Shown piece by piece: positions 24,461 to 38,934 of a stretch of DNA of 64,000 nucleotides. Positions within the stretch are counted from its first letter, which is position 1. Every line of letters begins with the position of its first letter. The stretch spans positions 38,316,001 to 38,380,000 of the forward strand of contig OX597817.1 of NCBI GenBank assembly GCA_951406725.2, written 5' to 3'. Origin of the DNA: Octopus vulgaris. Lineage: Eukaryota. Position numbers and translations under genes: made by a program. Below the pieces are notes generated by a model that did no database searches, was not told the origin of the DNA, and saw only the letters and a list, made by a program, of their open reading frames with translations.

Positions 24461-25544
24461 TGTGTGCATGTGTGTGCATGTGTGTGTGTGTGTATGTGTG
24501 TATTTAAGGTTTTATTTTCAGGAAGTAACGAAAAATTTACAAAGCAGTGGTCTAGATGTTTCCCATTTGTCGTCTGCGCCCTCTCATTTCTGATTTTAAA
24601 TTTAGCCACGGTTGATTTAGCCTTTATTCTCATTCAAAATCGATAAATAAGTACCAATATTATTCCATAGATTGGTTCCATTGACAGCATATCTTCTTTG
24701 CAGATTGGCCTTATACTTTATGAAAAGAAAATCAATATTAATTTAGTTTGTTCCTTTAGGAATAAATCACCAGCCGGTTTACTAATAAAGCGACATGTTT
24801 TGTTTGTTTGTTTGTTTGTTTGTTTTTTTACAGTTTAGACTACGTCTGGCATTTTTATATAGTTTTTTTTTTTGCGTAAATATGAATGTAAAGTACAGTT
24901 AAAGCAGATTTCTGGATTTAAAATATAAGCTTTTGGAATATTTTACCGATTCTAACTGCTCTTTCGAGTATTAAAATTCACTATTTTAAATTACTCCGTG
25001 TTTCAAAGTATGTGTTATACTGATAAATATAAGCGTAGTGCTCAATAGAGTAAGCGGTAATTTGGCAGTGGCAAGTGAACTTAGATTAGAGTACGGGTTC
25101 CAATACTTGTATATTATAGGGTCAGAAGAACTAGCTGTATAAACGATATCTCTTTCTAATCATATTTCCTCTTCAATTTTGGCCAAAATTTTCCTATAAC
25201 ACTGTAGAAGTCTTAAGTCAATTTTGCTCCAGCCGTGTTAGTTGTATTGACCCAGTAAATGTCTAAACATGTAGGAGTACCTGTTTCATTTCATTGATAT
25301 TTTTGCAGCTTAAATCTGTTGTTGACTAGCAGGTCCTAAAATATTGTTATGAAATTCGAAGGCGTATCTTAGCTGAGCTATCTGAAAAACGTTTTAATAA
25401 CAAGAATGAATTGTACTTCAGCATTCCATGTAACTCTCTTAAACTCAGCCGGTTTCATTTCTCTCTTCAAAAGATAAATCACTGCATTATACAGTGGTAT
25501 CTGCTTAGTGGTCACAGTAAATAGTTAACTATTGAAATATCACA

Positions 25545-26257
25545 TGCCGCAAATCCCGAGTTGACATCTGCTCTTCTCTCCATTCTCGCGAACTCATTTC
25601 ACCCTTTTTGGATAGACTTGTGACCGGTGACGAAAAATGGACCTTCTATAGAAATGTTAAACGTCGTAAAAAGTGGCTTGATAAAAGGGGAAAGACTCAA
25701 CCACAACCGAGAAGGGAACTTCATGGGAAAAAGGTTCTTCTCTCTATCTGGTGGGATTGCAAACGAGTGATTCACTTTGAATTGTTAGCACCTGAGTCTA
25801 CTGTCAGCAATTAGAGCGTTTGAACCAAGCTTTGAAGAAAAAAAGCCCGCTTTAGTGAATCGAAAGGAGTGATGTTTCATCAGGACAATGCGCGACCCCA
25901 CACTGCAAAGATCACATCACAGAAGATCGTAGAGCTTGGCTGGGAAAAAATTCCTCATCCACCTTATTCTCCCGACCTTGCTCCTTCAGACTACCATTTA
26001 TTTCGTAATTTACAGAATAATTTGGGGGACATAACTTTCGCAAGCCAGGAGGAGATCGAAACTGACATTTCAGAGTTCCTCGCTTTGAAACCAAAAGAGT
26101 TTTACATTGATGGGATTAAAAAGCTTATAAATAGATTGAAGGAAGTCATAGATAATCAGGGAAAGTACATTGATGATTAAATTTCAATTTAATATAACAT
26201 TTGATCATTTATTTTCTTTATTCAAAATTCGGACAGAACTTATGGGATGACCTGATA
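25545..26257 (+). mobile_element. 5'-truncated mariner (DD34D) transposon; frameshifted transposase plus right TIR
   Basis: LVTGDEKW, FHQDNARPH and HPPYSPDLAPSDYHLF motifs in ORFs 25608-25814 and 25869-26180. Terminal cggacagaacttatgggatgacctgata. Confidence 0.95.
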
Positions 26258-26450
26258 CATATGTGTATAGGAACTTGTGTGTACAAGTGTATGAACATAT
26301 AAAGGTATATGACACACAACCCATACGACACTCACACACAGGAATATATTCTAACCTGTGAATGAGTGTTTTCGAGGTATACACACACATACATATGTGC
26401 GCACGCATGCACACATATATAAATCAAGTGTCTGTACACGCATATATGAT

Positions 26451-26527
<77 letters not shown>

Positions 26528-26648
26528 GGCACACACTCACATACACACGTACACATATTGTGTAGCAGTGAAGTATATAGACGTACGTACGAGTGTGTAT
26601 TTATGTATATGTGAGTACGGGCATGTGTGTGCGTGTGTGTGTGTGTGT

Positions 26649-26714
<66 letters not shown>

Positions 26715-27595
26715 ATTTGTGCGTGGGAGCGTGGTACGTGGGCATTTGTATGACATGAGTACATACGAAAGAGAGTGTGTATATGTGTTGAGGAAGCTGG
26801 AGAATGTCAGTTGAAACAACGACTAAAACAGCAAAATTAACAAAACTGAAAACAATAAGAAAAAACAATAAAAAACGACCATAACTGTAAATACAACCAT
26901 AGAGGAACTACAACAACAACAACAACAACAACTTCTACTACTAGAAAAAAGGCCAACGATTCCATGGTCTATTCAAGCTGTGTAAATCTGACAATCTGAC
27001 GACGACCGTGGCTAAGAGAATCATCCGACTTATGCGCCACCTGGTGGAAGCGAAGCGTGCAATTCCTTAACATGGTTACTTACTTTCTGACCTGCTGATG
27101 TCCTTTACAGAAAACCACTTGGAACGGAGAGGGCGAGGAGGGGTGGAGGAGGTGCTGGTGGTGGTGGTGGTGGTGGTTGAAGAAGAAGAAGAAGAAGAAG
27201 AAGAAGAAGAAGAAGAAGAAGAAGAAGAAGAAGAAGAAGAAGAAGAAGAAGAAGAACTGGCGGCGGTGGTGGTGGTGGTGCTAACGGTTTACATTGATTG
27301 AGATAGAACAAAAAGGATTGATTTTTTAATCACTGTTCAAGATGCGAGAGGACAATGAGGTTATTGGATAAACAGAATTGAAAAGACAGAGTTCGCAGAG
27401 AAAGAGTGGGTGGAGAGAAACAGACAGACAGACAGACAGGTAAATAGACATGCTTACATATATACATACACACATACGTACACTATTAATGCCTCACCAC
27501 TTCTTTTCGGAGATGACTGATTTCTTACCGCTTCCACTCACGTACCCCTGATTCACTCTACCTCACATCACACTTGGTGCGTCCTCTACCACTAC

Positions 27596-27626
<31 letters not shown>

Positions 27627-28193
27627 CCTGAACTAATCACTTCACCCAGACTTTACTCTTATAAACATCTCCCGTCTGGAATTTGCTCCCTGTTCATGTC
27701 TTTCCTGCAGGTGTTGACCTGCAACAGTTTATATGGAACATTAATGGCTCACCGCTTTCGAAGGGCTTGCAAAGGTCATGGCCGCTGCCTTTTCCTCCAG
27801 AATCAGCAAATAAAAAAAAATATACATATTCATATACACACGTTTATGTTCCTATGTTTACATGCCTATATATGCATGTATGTATATACGTTTCTTTACT
27901 ACCCACAGGGGGCTAAACATAGAGGGGACAAACAAGGACAGACACACGGATTAAGTCGATTACATCGACCCCAGTGCGTAGCTGGTACTTAATTTATCGA
28001 CCCCGAAAGGATGAAAGGCAAAGTCGACCTCGGTGGAATTTGAACTCAGAACGTGGCGACGGGCGAAATACCGCGAAGCACTTCGCCCGGCGTGCTAACG
28101 TCTCTGCCAGCTCGCCGATACATACATACATGCATACACACATACATACATACATACATACATACATACATACATACATACATACATACATAC

Positions 28194-28224
<31 letters not shown>

Positions 28225-28643
28225 CATACAATACATACATTCTTTTATTCTTTTACATATTTCAGTCATTTGACTGCGGTCATGTTCGAGCACTGCTTTT
28301 AGTCGAACAAATTGATCCCAGGACTTATTCTTTGTAAGCCTAGTACTTATTCTATCCGTCACTTTCTCCGAACCGCTAAGTTCAGGGGATGTATACACAC
28401 CAACAATGGCTATCAAGTGATGGTGGGGGGAAAACACAGACACACAAATACATACATACATACACACACACACATATATATAGGACGGGCTTCTTTCAGT
28501 TTCTATCGACCAAATCCACTTACAAGGCTTTGGTCGGCTTGAAGTTATAGTAGTAGATACTTGCCCAAGGTGCCAGCAGTGGGGCTGAACCCGGAACCAT
28601 GTGGTTGGGAAGCAAGGTTCTTATCACACAGCCATTCCGGTGC

Positions 28644-28686
<43 letters not shown>

Positions 28687-28768
28687 TGATGAGAGCTGTC
28701 CATAAAGCTGTGACTTTGGTGGATGCAAATCCATTGGTCACTCTATGACTACACTTTAACTTCAGTGC

Positions 28769-28846
<78 letters not shown>

Positions 28847-28950
28847 GCCTGTTTTTATCAGTTATAATAAAAACGATTGTACATTAATCTAAAGGGTTAC
28901 TCAATACTTTTATAGAGAACATATTTATTATTCTTTAACAAGGATATACA

Positions 28951-29101
28951 CAATGAGTACTGACATATACGTACATAGTATTGACATTGACTTCAAAGTT
29001 GCGGTCAGCTAAACAATGATCGGACTGTCCGATTTGGGCTTAGCTGGCCGACACTTCGAAGTCACTGTCAATATTAAATACGTATATGTCAGTACACATT
29101 G
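28951..29101. repeat. 151-bp imperfect palindrome (MITE-like hairpin)
   Basis: caatg.gtactgacatatacgta...atcggac-t-gtccgat...tacgtatatgtcagtac.cattg. Confidence 0.85.
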
Positions 29102-29134
29102 GTAAACCGGTGTGCTATCCCCGACTCTACCTTG

Positions 29135-29335
29135 TTACTTCTGCCTTAGCGAAGGCGGAGGTATTGTTTCAGTTGTGTTTGTTTGTCCGTGGACAAGATA
29201 TCTCAAGAATCGCTGGATGGATTCGGATGAAACTTTCAGGGATGTTTTGCCTCGTGACTGGTACGGTCTCGTTAGATTTTGGGATCGATCTGGTACCAGA
29301 CAAGGGTTCTGGATTATTTTTCCTATTTTTTTTTT
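29135..29335 (+). mobile_element. DINE-1/HINE-like non-autonomous element, 5' part
   Basis: 5' short inverted repeat acttctgcctt-agcg-aaggcggaggt, then a (GTTT)/(GTCC) tract, then gatgaaacttt. Confidence 0.5.
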
Positions 29336-29984
29336 ACTCGAACAGACGGGCAAAATACTGTTGAAAGGCCTCACACATTTTACTTGGCTCCAGTAATTCG
29401 CGCCCCTATTCATTTACCAGAGACCGAATGGTGGCTTTGTTGCCCTGTTAGAGCGGTAGGTAGGTAGGTGGGTAGGTAGGTAGGTAGGTAGGTAGGTAGG
29501 TAGGTAGGTAGGTAGGTAGGTAGGTAGGTAGGTAGGTAGGTATGCAGGACGACAGAAAATGAGTGGTGGAAATTAAAGAAATAGAACGAAAGTAAGAAAT
29601 ACTGCGAAAATATTTCCTTACTAAATTTTGGGAAGGAAAACCTGGTTTTTGGCCCCTAAAGTATGCAAAGATCTTTATCAATCTAAAGCATTTCCTCGTA
29701 CTTGAAGGAAGCCTTTATTTATGCTTAGCAACAACAACAAAAACTAAAAACAATACGAACGCATCATCATCGCTACCACTCTCAGTATCCCCACCGTCAT
29801 CATCACTAACAAACTACCACTGCCGCTGCCGCCGCCGCCACAATCGCGACAACAATTAATTCTAATTTTGACACAAGAATAGTAATTTTAGAGGAAAGGA
29901 GTTCGTCGACTACTTCTATACGGAGTGAAGACTTTATAAATTTGCATTTTCAGTACAGTGTCCTTTTGTATTGTTTTATATTAT

Positions 29985-30310
29985 CTCCTTTGCTCCCCAT
30001 GGAGCATAGACGATCGACAAATTTTCTCCACTGTTTCCGACTCTGGGTCGGCTTTTCTACTTCTCTAAAGTTGGGTCTCTGCTCTTCTTTACAGCTTCCT
30101 TTCGGATTTAGCTGCACTGCGTCTCCCAGATGTTGTCGTCAATGCCTCTGTAACTTTGCATTTTTGTAGGTCGGAATGTTGGTTCAATGCAAACCCATTG
30201 GGAAGAGGTGTTTCATATCAGTTTGACCTGTCTAGCATGGGAGGCCGTACCAGGAGCTTGCACTTTGCTAGCATAGCTCTCTAAGTCATTGAGGCACATT
30301 ACGTCAAGGA
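29985..30310 (-). mobile_element. RTE-related short element (5' UTR-like part + RTE-like 3' end)
   Basis: The minus-strand end translates as WRKFVDRLCSMGSKGD, which resembles RTE C-termini. Upstream gtgcctcaatgac...gagctatgc motif. Confidence 0.45.
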
Positions 30311-30480
30311 GTGAATATCGTGGTAGCGTTTCATATTACAGTTTACAAATGTCATTTCTAATATCTGTATATTAAATTCACATTTTTATACGTTATGACA
30401 CCATTCCCGCTGTGAAAGCATTTCTATAATGAGTGATAATAGTTTTTTTTTTTAATTCCAGAGATGTGTATTTTCTTTTA

Positions 30481-31407
30481 TTAGTTAGTTATTTAGTTAG
30501 TTAATTTTTTGGCTCAAAAAGCAAAAAGCAAGGCCATGTAGGGGGACATGGAGTTATGTACAGGGTGGTGTTCATGTAAAGAGTTCAGACCACTTGTGGT
30601 CAAGGGAGACTTTGAACCGAGCGGTCTTCGGCATCTTCACTATCTCGTCCGGCAGCTTATTCCCCAGATCAGCAACCCGGACGGAGAAAGCCCCTCTCCT
30701 TCGATTGAGATGAAATCGTCGCAGATATAGCTTTTCGGAGTGACCCCGCAGCCGACGCTCTGGAGCAGGAGTGAAGAACAGCTCTTTCGTGAGGTTACAC
30801 TTTCCGCTTATGATGTTGTGAGCAAGAATGAGATCACCACGACGTCGTCGTTTTTCTAGAGAATAAAGGTCGAGTGTCTTCAGCCTTTCTTCATAAGACA
30901 AATGCCTGAGACCAAGAACCATGCGGGGAGCCAGCTTCTGGACTCTTTCGAGATGCTGTATGTCTTTGAGGAGATAAGGAGAAGAGGCTTGAATCCCGTA
31001 CTCCAATATGGGTCTCACCAGCGTGACATAGAGCGGTAGGAATATGGCTGCTGTGAGCATTCCGAATGACCGTCGAATCAAAAACAGAATTCCGCGTGCT
31101 TTGTTGGCAGCATGGACGCACTGGGCCGAAGGCGAAAAGGAAGAATCCACCAAGATACCCAGGTCCTTTACCTGGTCGGTCCTCTCCAGCAGCAGACGAC
31201 CCGGCTCGAAATCAAGTTGAGTTGCAGGAGAAGAGCCAACAGACAGATGACAGCACTTTGACACGTTCAGACACAGGTCCCATTCGTTAGACCATCTCCA
31301 AATTTGGTGGAGGTATCAACGAAGATCCTCTATATCACTGCGAGGAGCGACCAGTTTGACATCATCAGCAAATAGAAGGGTGTGTTGCGTGATGTCGTCG
31401 GGCAAGT
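30481..31407 (-). mobile_element. 5'-truncated CR1-clade LINE (RT C-terminal half, 3' UTR, (TAAC)n tail)
   Basis: LLFADDVKL at ~31350-31378. ORF 30572-31264 contains VKDLGILVD, LYVTLVRPILEY, LERVQKLA, LSYEERL, RRRRGDLI. Confidence 0.92.
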
Positions 31408-31890
31408 AAGTGGTTTACTATAAAAAATGTTTTCATATTTATGTCATAATTATAAATATATTTTTGTGAAACATTTATATTTTATGCGGGCTAGTGACGT
31501 AGGGAAGGGAGATAACAACGATATTTCTTGATGTCGTTACTGGTGTTGGCAATATTTTTTTCAGCTGTTTTTATATTTTCTAGACATTGTAAGACACTGA
31601 CCTTTGCAGGCGTTTTAAAGCCCGTTTTGAACATATTCTTAGTAGTTGTTCTATGGCAGCATTCAAGCAAGAGAAATAAGTCTGGGTATCATGCACACAA
31701 AATTTGACTGGCATCCTAGCCGTGACCATCATGTCTTCTCTTCGGCCATATCATATTCAGTATTGGTATATTTCCATATATTTAAATATTTTAGGAAATG
31801 CCAGGGTAGGGTTTCAGGGAAATTTGGCTGCACTTTTTGTTGGTCATGTGACTGCGCAATAAAAAAAAACATGAATTACATTAATATAAG

Positions 31891-31986
<96 letters not shown>

Positions 31987-33039
31987 CATACACACACACT
32001 CACACACATACACAAACGCACGCACGCACACATAAACACATAAACACAGCACCACCGACCTCTCCAACCGTCCTACCAAGTTTTATACCCCAAGTACAAC
32101 AATTTAACATTCTCACAAACATCATCATTTAGGAGAAGCTTCAGTACAGTCAAGGTTAGTTTTCAAACAGTGCAGATGACAAAACTAGATTTTCTTTATA
32201 TCTTAAACAATTCACAAATATTCATTATCAAGCTAACCCGCCAATTTTTTCCCCTTAGGTATCACCTTCTCTACAAACTATCATATGCACCTGGCAAATA
32301 AGTTCCTAACTTTCCAAAGACCACCTACCAATTATTCTCTCAAAAGCGTGCATATAAATAAAGATAGCAAAGTCTTCATACAAGCTTTAAAATATCACGA
32401 TGGATCGAGTTTCATTCACAAGCGAAAACAATTTTTTTCAGAATTCTGCAGCAACACAATCACCAACATCAACACAGCAATACGTACATTTAAGAAAATA
32501 GTTATAAATATACGTCAAAAATACATATTCCATAAGACAACGCAAAAAATAGTATCCTGTTTACACACCGGAAATGGCTAACCTCATGGGAACCAGAGAC
32601 AGAACAATATGAAACACAATTCACTAAAACCACCCAGAGCCGAACAGCATCAAACAATTAAACATAGAAGTAAAAAAAAATTATGAATCATTACCCCACT
32701 CCAGAAAACTGCCAAACATGTGTTACAACATGGTCATGGTCGGGTCAGATATGGGGCTGATGAGCCGTTGCAGCATGTCACTGTATCCAACCGTTTGCTT
32801 TGTAAGTGCTGGATAGAAGGTAAGGGCTTAAAATCATTATTGTCTATGTAGAAACTGCACTTTACTTTGTGTTCCTGTCTTCGTTGCTAAGTGGCTGATT
32901 TTCAAAAAATACTTGATATGATGTTGCAGTGTGGATATATTTGAGATTGTTAATAAGACATTGAGTGCAATCATTGTTGTTGATGATAATGCTTTGTATA
33001 GTGTTTTATTGATGTTCTTTTTTGGATGGGGTCATATTT

Positions 33040-33830
33040 CACCATTCGCAGACGAGGTTTGTGCGGCAATAAATCAGTTGAGAGGTGGGAAGGCTGCTGG
33101 TGTTTGTGACATCCAAGGGGAAATCATGAAGCAAAAGTGAACCTACTGCAGTCTTATTTTTGTGACAGATCATCTGCTCAATTTCGAACAGTGGCATCAC
33201 ACCGCCTAACTAGAAGAAGGACATAATTATCTGGGAATGTAAAGGTGACCGCCACAACTGAACAATTACAGGGCTGTTAGACTCCTCTCAGTGCCCCGTT
33301 TGGTCTTTGCAAGGGTTATGCTAAAACATAGTACGAAATCATTTGCTAGCTTCTGTGTAGTCAGGGTTTACGCCAAAGAGGTCAAATACTGACAGGATCT
33401 TGGCTCTCCGTGCACTTATTGAGCGCAAGGCAGAGTTTTCAGCAGAGGCTATTTGTAGCTAGTGTCGACCTCTGCAAGGCGTTCGCTTCGGTGGACAGGG
33501 GTGTACTCTGGAGGATTCTGGAGCTGTGAGGTATACTTCCCCGAGTAGTTGGACAATGACGGCCTTGTATACTGGAACAGCTAGTGCAGTTCGGATTGGG
33601 GGCCCAGCATCTGACTGTTTCACAGTTACAGCTCTGTGGTTTGACAGGGTTGTGTTTAGGCTCCCACTCTTTTCAATGCCTACATGGCCTGGATTCTTGA
33701 CGGGATGGTTGTTCGATCAAGTTGTGGAGCGCTCATTAGTGAAACCAGGATTACTGATCTGGATTTTGCTAATAATACAGTTATTCTTGCTGGGTCTCTG
33801 GATGTCTTAAGGAACGCTCTCTTTTCACTG
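33040..33830 (+). pseudogene. Decayed RTE-like LINE RT fragment
   Basis: Remnants EVCAAINQLRGGKAAGVCDI, NYRAVRLLSVP, SGFTPKRS, VDLCKAFASVDR, LDFANN with stops and frameshifts. Confidence 0.7.
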
Positions 33831-33894
33831 AGGAAGAAATAACAAAACAGTGGCTACCAAATTAACTAGCAGATCACCAAGTCTATGGGTGTAG

Positions 33895-34000
33895 ATGAAA
33901 AACACTTCAAGAACCTTTAATTTCTCGAAAGGAGTACAACAAGGATCCGCAGTTTCACCCCTTCTGTTCATGCTCTATCTACACATTCTCTTCACACCTA
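33895..34000 (+). pseudogene. Fragment of another LINE RT
   Basis: KGVQQGSAVSPLLFMLYL matches the LINE RT motif GVPQGSxLSPLLF. The AT-rich 32100-32700 stretch may belong to the same old element. Confidence 0.55.
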
Positions 34001-35843
34001 TGCAAAATACAGACAGCTTCATACAAGCACAGTTAGTTGCCGCAGTTAGTTCAAACCCATATAGTTCCCTAAACATCCAGATATATTCACATTATTCTAG
34101 GCTACAAATATAAAAAACAATCTACACTATCTCTGTCAATCTGCCTAAGTAATAATTAGACCACTGCGGAATTTGACACGCAAGAAGCTGAAACAAATAC
34201 CGCAAAGCTACCGGTCAGGCGCCTTGACGATTTCACCAGTTCACTACCTTAAACTGATATTTTATTAATCGATCTCGGAAGGATGAAGGGAAAAGCTAGC
34301 CTCGACAGGATTTTATGTCAGAGCATAAGAATGTGTGAATAGATATCGTAAGGCTTTTCGTCCGATATTCTGACGACTGTGACAATTCGCCACCGGTGTT
34401 GCTGCGATAACCACATTCGAGCTTAACAAAAATTAGTCAGTCAGTTTGCAAATTATCGTACCAACATTCTACAAATTCCTCCCTTCTATCTACATTTGTT
34501 AATAGAATCATTTGTCACATTCTTTAGAAATTCAAACCTGCTTATAATTTCTAACGAAACTCCATTAGTTCTGAAACAATTCTTAGAACATATAAATGAA
34601 GCTGTCGATGTAAATATTGGTACAAATTTTGGTACAAAGCTAGCTATTTTAGAGGAGGGAGTAAGTCGAATATATCGACCCCAGTGCTCAACTTGTACTT
34701 ATTTTATCAACCCCGAAAGGGTGAAAGGAAAGATCAACTTAGGGAAAATTTGAACTCAGTACGTAAAGAGCCGAAAGAAATGCTACTAATCACTTTTGTC
34801 CGACACGCTAAAGAAAAGAGAATCGAATTTCCAGACAAACCTAACATTGTAATGACGATTAAATAAGACATTTCAAACTGTAGATATCATAGATCCAGGT
34901 ATGACTTTGTAGTTAAGAAGTTCGCTCCGCATCCACGTGTTTTTAGGCCCAGTCCCACGGCGAGGTACATTGGGCAAGTGTCTTTTACTATAGCCTCGGG
35001 CTATCTAATGCCTCGCGTGAATATGAAAGAAACTGCGAGTAGCCCGTAGCCCGTTAAGCACATGTCTGTGTGCGTGTGCTTGTGCTTGTCTCTAACTGCT
35101 TGACAACTGGTGATGGTTTGCTTACGCCCCCGTAATTTAGCTGTTCATCAAAAGAGTCCAACAGATCAAATACCAGATTTAAAATAAGTACTATGATAGA
35201 TTTGATCGACTAAACCTGCCATTGGTCTGTGGCCATGCAAAGGTACCGTCTCTTCAAGACGGTAAGCCTAACATGGCCGCAGTCCAGTTGAAACGTACGT
35301 ATAGTTGTTCCTTCTTGTTCTAACACGCAATGTTGGTTAGTAAATATATTGATATGTTCTACGGTCCATTATAGCAAGAGGGTAAAAGAATTTGCCTTGA
35401 TTTCTCTGCTCCAGTCTTTTTTTTTTTTTTTTCTAACATAGATGAATCTATATTGCCTTTGTAAATAACATGGGTTCGATGTAATTGACTGTGGTCTAGG
35501 CTAGAAAATATCATTTGTCTATAGTAATTTTCAAATTTTGCACATCAATCATCTCATCATATTGACCTTCTTTCCAAGACAATTGTGCTCGTTGGTAGAA
35601 TCGGTAGATTGTCAGAGAAAATGTCTTGTTGATGCTTTCATTGTCAAATAACTAAAACCAGTCAAGTCCTGAATTCTATTTAACCAACAGTTTGTAGCAT
35701 TTTGCTTGATTGAGAAATCAACTACCTTATAAATCTGAATGCGCTATGAGATCACCGTTGAAAATTTCATTCATTTCCGCAATTAAATCAATCTGGTGTA
35801 GTTCCTCCCCCATTATCTCTTTCTCTCTCTATCCTCTCTCTCT

Positions 35844-35893
<50 letters not shown>

Positions 35894-37049
35894 TCTCTCA
35901 CTCTCTCTCTCTTAGCCAAAACCAAGACCAAAATTTCAAGTATACAAGAACTGAGAGAATCAGAAATAGCTATCCTAAGAACCGAACTTGGCTGACTGCC
36001 GATTCGCCGGTGGTCTTACCACTAATCTACGGTGCTTGACATGCTAGTATTTATAGAGATAAAGATATAGTGAAGTAGGAAAGGAGATGACATGAAATTT
36101 TAGTGTAATAAAAGTATAAGTGGGAATGTAACTCAAAAAATGAGTCAAGGATAGAGATAGGAGGAAGAAGAAATGTCAAGGAGTAGGCAAAGAGAAGGTG
36201 AAACTCGCATATTGAAGACAAACAAAGAGGGTGAGTAAGGGGAAGGCAAACTGATAATAGTTGTAACAGGCGAGATTTCTCAATGAATTCCAAGCTTAGC
36301 TTCGACGTTTACGTTCACGTACGATAACGCGTGACTCATTTGAATCATCTTTGTAGGTGTTTCACTGTATCCACTTCCTTCAACACACTGTTGCTAACAT
36401 CTTTCTATATATCTTCCTTCAACCATACATATATACTCACCTCACTCTCCTCCCTCTCCCCCCCCTCTTTCTCTCATTTTTCTTTTTCTGTGGTTTTCTC
36501 TAAAACTTTTATATCTCTTTAAATTACATTCATACTTATTTACTGTTTTTCTTGTCTTCCTCATTTACCTCTTTTTTCCTCTCCTTTTTCCCCCATATTC
36601 TTTTATTACTGACTGATTTTTTTTTTCGGTTAACATCCTTATACTTTCTCTCACTCTGTCTCTTTCTTTCTTTATCTCCTGTCATTCATTCTTTTTCTGA
36701 CTTCACAAACCAAATTTTCATCACGTGACTTACTTTCTCACTAGTTGATTCGTATAAATACAAAAAGAATTCTGCCAAAATAAGTATACGCCGCTGCCGC
36801 CACCACCATCACCACCACCACCACAACCACTACTACTACTGCTATTGCTACTGCTGCTGCTATTACTATCACCATCACTACTTATACTACCACCTCAAGC
36901 ACTCCACCACCATTTCTTCGACCGCAACCATTACCACTACCATTACTACTATTACTACTACTACTACTACTACTACTTTCACCACCAACAACTACTATCA
37001 CAACGTAGATCTTCACCAGAAACTGACTACCCAACGTCTGTCCCTTAAA

Positions 37050-37190
37050 TGGTCGTTTGACTCGCTCGAAATAGTAACCAAACCTCTTTCATATCGACAC
37101 ATAAGTAAAATACGGGATGGTTACGATTGGAATGCCTTTGATCATAAGTCTGCACGATCAGAGATGACCAACGACTAAACAATAACAACC
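37050..37190 (+). mobile_element. Old SINE-like family C with (CAA)n tail
   Basis: ggatggttacgattggaatgcctttgatcataagtctgcacgatcag...ctaaacaataacaac. Diverged copies at ~8960-9150(-), 11030-11250(+), 46700-47025(+), 49400-49580(-), 54230-54420(-), 57070-57245(-). Confidence 0.55.
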
Positions 37191-37698
37191 AGAACAATTA
37201 TTACAATTTTCACCACTGCCAACACCCAACTAACACATCAACCAGAACTAGCGGTTATTACCACAGCGACCACCATAACCACCGCCAACACAATCATTAC
37301 CACTGCCGGTGACCATCACAACTATCACCATAACTATCAGCACAACTATAACCCAACTACCTCAATAACCACCAACTACATCACCACATCAGCAATCACC
37401 ACCACCACCACCATCACCACAACTATTACTAGCAACTACTATAGCCACAACACCCACCATCACCATAACAACCATCACTCCGCTACAATAACCACGAATC
37501 TCTGGAATTTCCTCACCGCCTACCTTTTTCCCTGCAGACACCGACCTTCAGATGCTTAAAATGAGCATCAACAACTTCAATCTCCCCAATGACGAAGTAT
37601 TACTTGCAAAGGTTAAGGGCACTACCCTTCCTTTTCTAGCTAACATAATTTAACAATCAAAATATTAATTTGCATAATATTATTGGGGATTATAAAGC

Positions 37699-37748
<50 letters not shown>

Positions 37749-37982
37749 TTCTTTCCTACTCTAGGCACAAGACCCGAAATTTTTAGGAAGAGAGCCAGTC
37801 GATTAGATCGACCCTAGTACGCAACAGGTATTTATTTTATCTGCTCCGAAAGGATGAAAGGCAAATTCGGCCTCGGCGGAATTTGAACTCAGAACGTAAA
37901 GACATACGAAACACCGCTAAGCGTTTCGCCCGGCGTGCTAACGTTTCTGCCAGCTCGCCGCATTACGCTTATCATTATTATT

Positions 37983-38534
37983 GAATGAGAGAGTAGTGCA
38001 TGCCATCAGAGTGACAGTGGGGTAAAATATACAAAGCCCGGTATGCCCATCATGATTACCCGTCTGAAGAGGGTATACCAGGCATACACATCACGACCGT
38101 ATGTACACGATATGGTGATCTCATATCAAGATAAACAGCGCATAACCTTGCAGGTTGGGTCCAGTTAGAATTTTCTTCAGGTCGAGTAGCCAATCCTGCT
38201 CAAAAGGTCCCTGAATAAGGGATGTTTAAGGATGTTGGACGAAACACTCATCTTTCCAGAGATGAATCATTCAAATCACAAAGATTTCCTCTCAAGATAT
38301 GGCTGTGATGCTCCCCCACTACCTCTGCTCGTGATCACAGATGCACATATCGTCATCCACTAAGGGACATGCTCTACTGGTTAAGGTTAAACAACTGACA
38401 ATCAATTTTGTGGTATTGAGCCGAATATTTGTTGTGGCCCATTTTTTATTCCAAGACAAAGCCTGCACATGATAACACTTCCAATCAGTTAAGATCAGAG
38501 GCCACGAGAGCCATTGTCGGGTACTGCATCAGGG

Positions 38535-38604
<70 letters not shown>

Positions 38605-38915
38605 GAGCAAGAGAGGAACGCATTCCATCAAAGTGATACTGGGGTAAAATATACGAAGCCCAGTATACCCATTATGACTACCCGTCTGATAGGGGGACAC
38701 CAGGCATATGTATCACAACCATATGTGCATAATATGGTGATTCCATATCAAGATAAACAGCGCATGACCTTGCAGGTGGGGCCCAGTTAGAATTTTCTTC
38801 AGGTCGAGTAGCCCATCTTGTTCAAAAGGTCCTAGAATAAGGGTTGTTTAAGGATGTAAACGAAACACCCATGTTTCCAGAGGTGAATTATTCAAACGCC
38901 AAATCATTCCTCTTT
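37983..38915 (+). mobile_element. Family D ~550-bp dispersed repeat; head-to-tail pair separated by (TTA)n
   Basis: Copy 1 at 37983-38536, copy 2 at 38604-38915 (truncated). Further copies at 42310-42562, 44470-44958, 62503-62645. Confidence 0.85.
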
Positions 38916-38934
38916 CAGAACTGGGGGAACTTTT

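Noticed and set aside
38055-38080. CTGAAGA in family D as an HHR core
   Set aside because: It is not conserved in other copies (CTGATAG, CTGATAA), and no stem II-GAAA follows.
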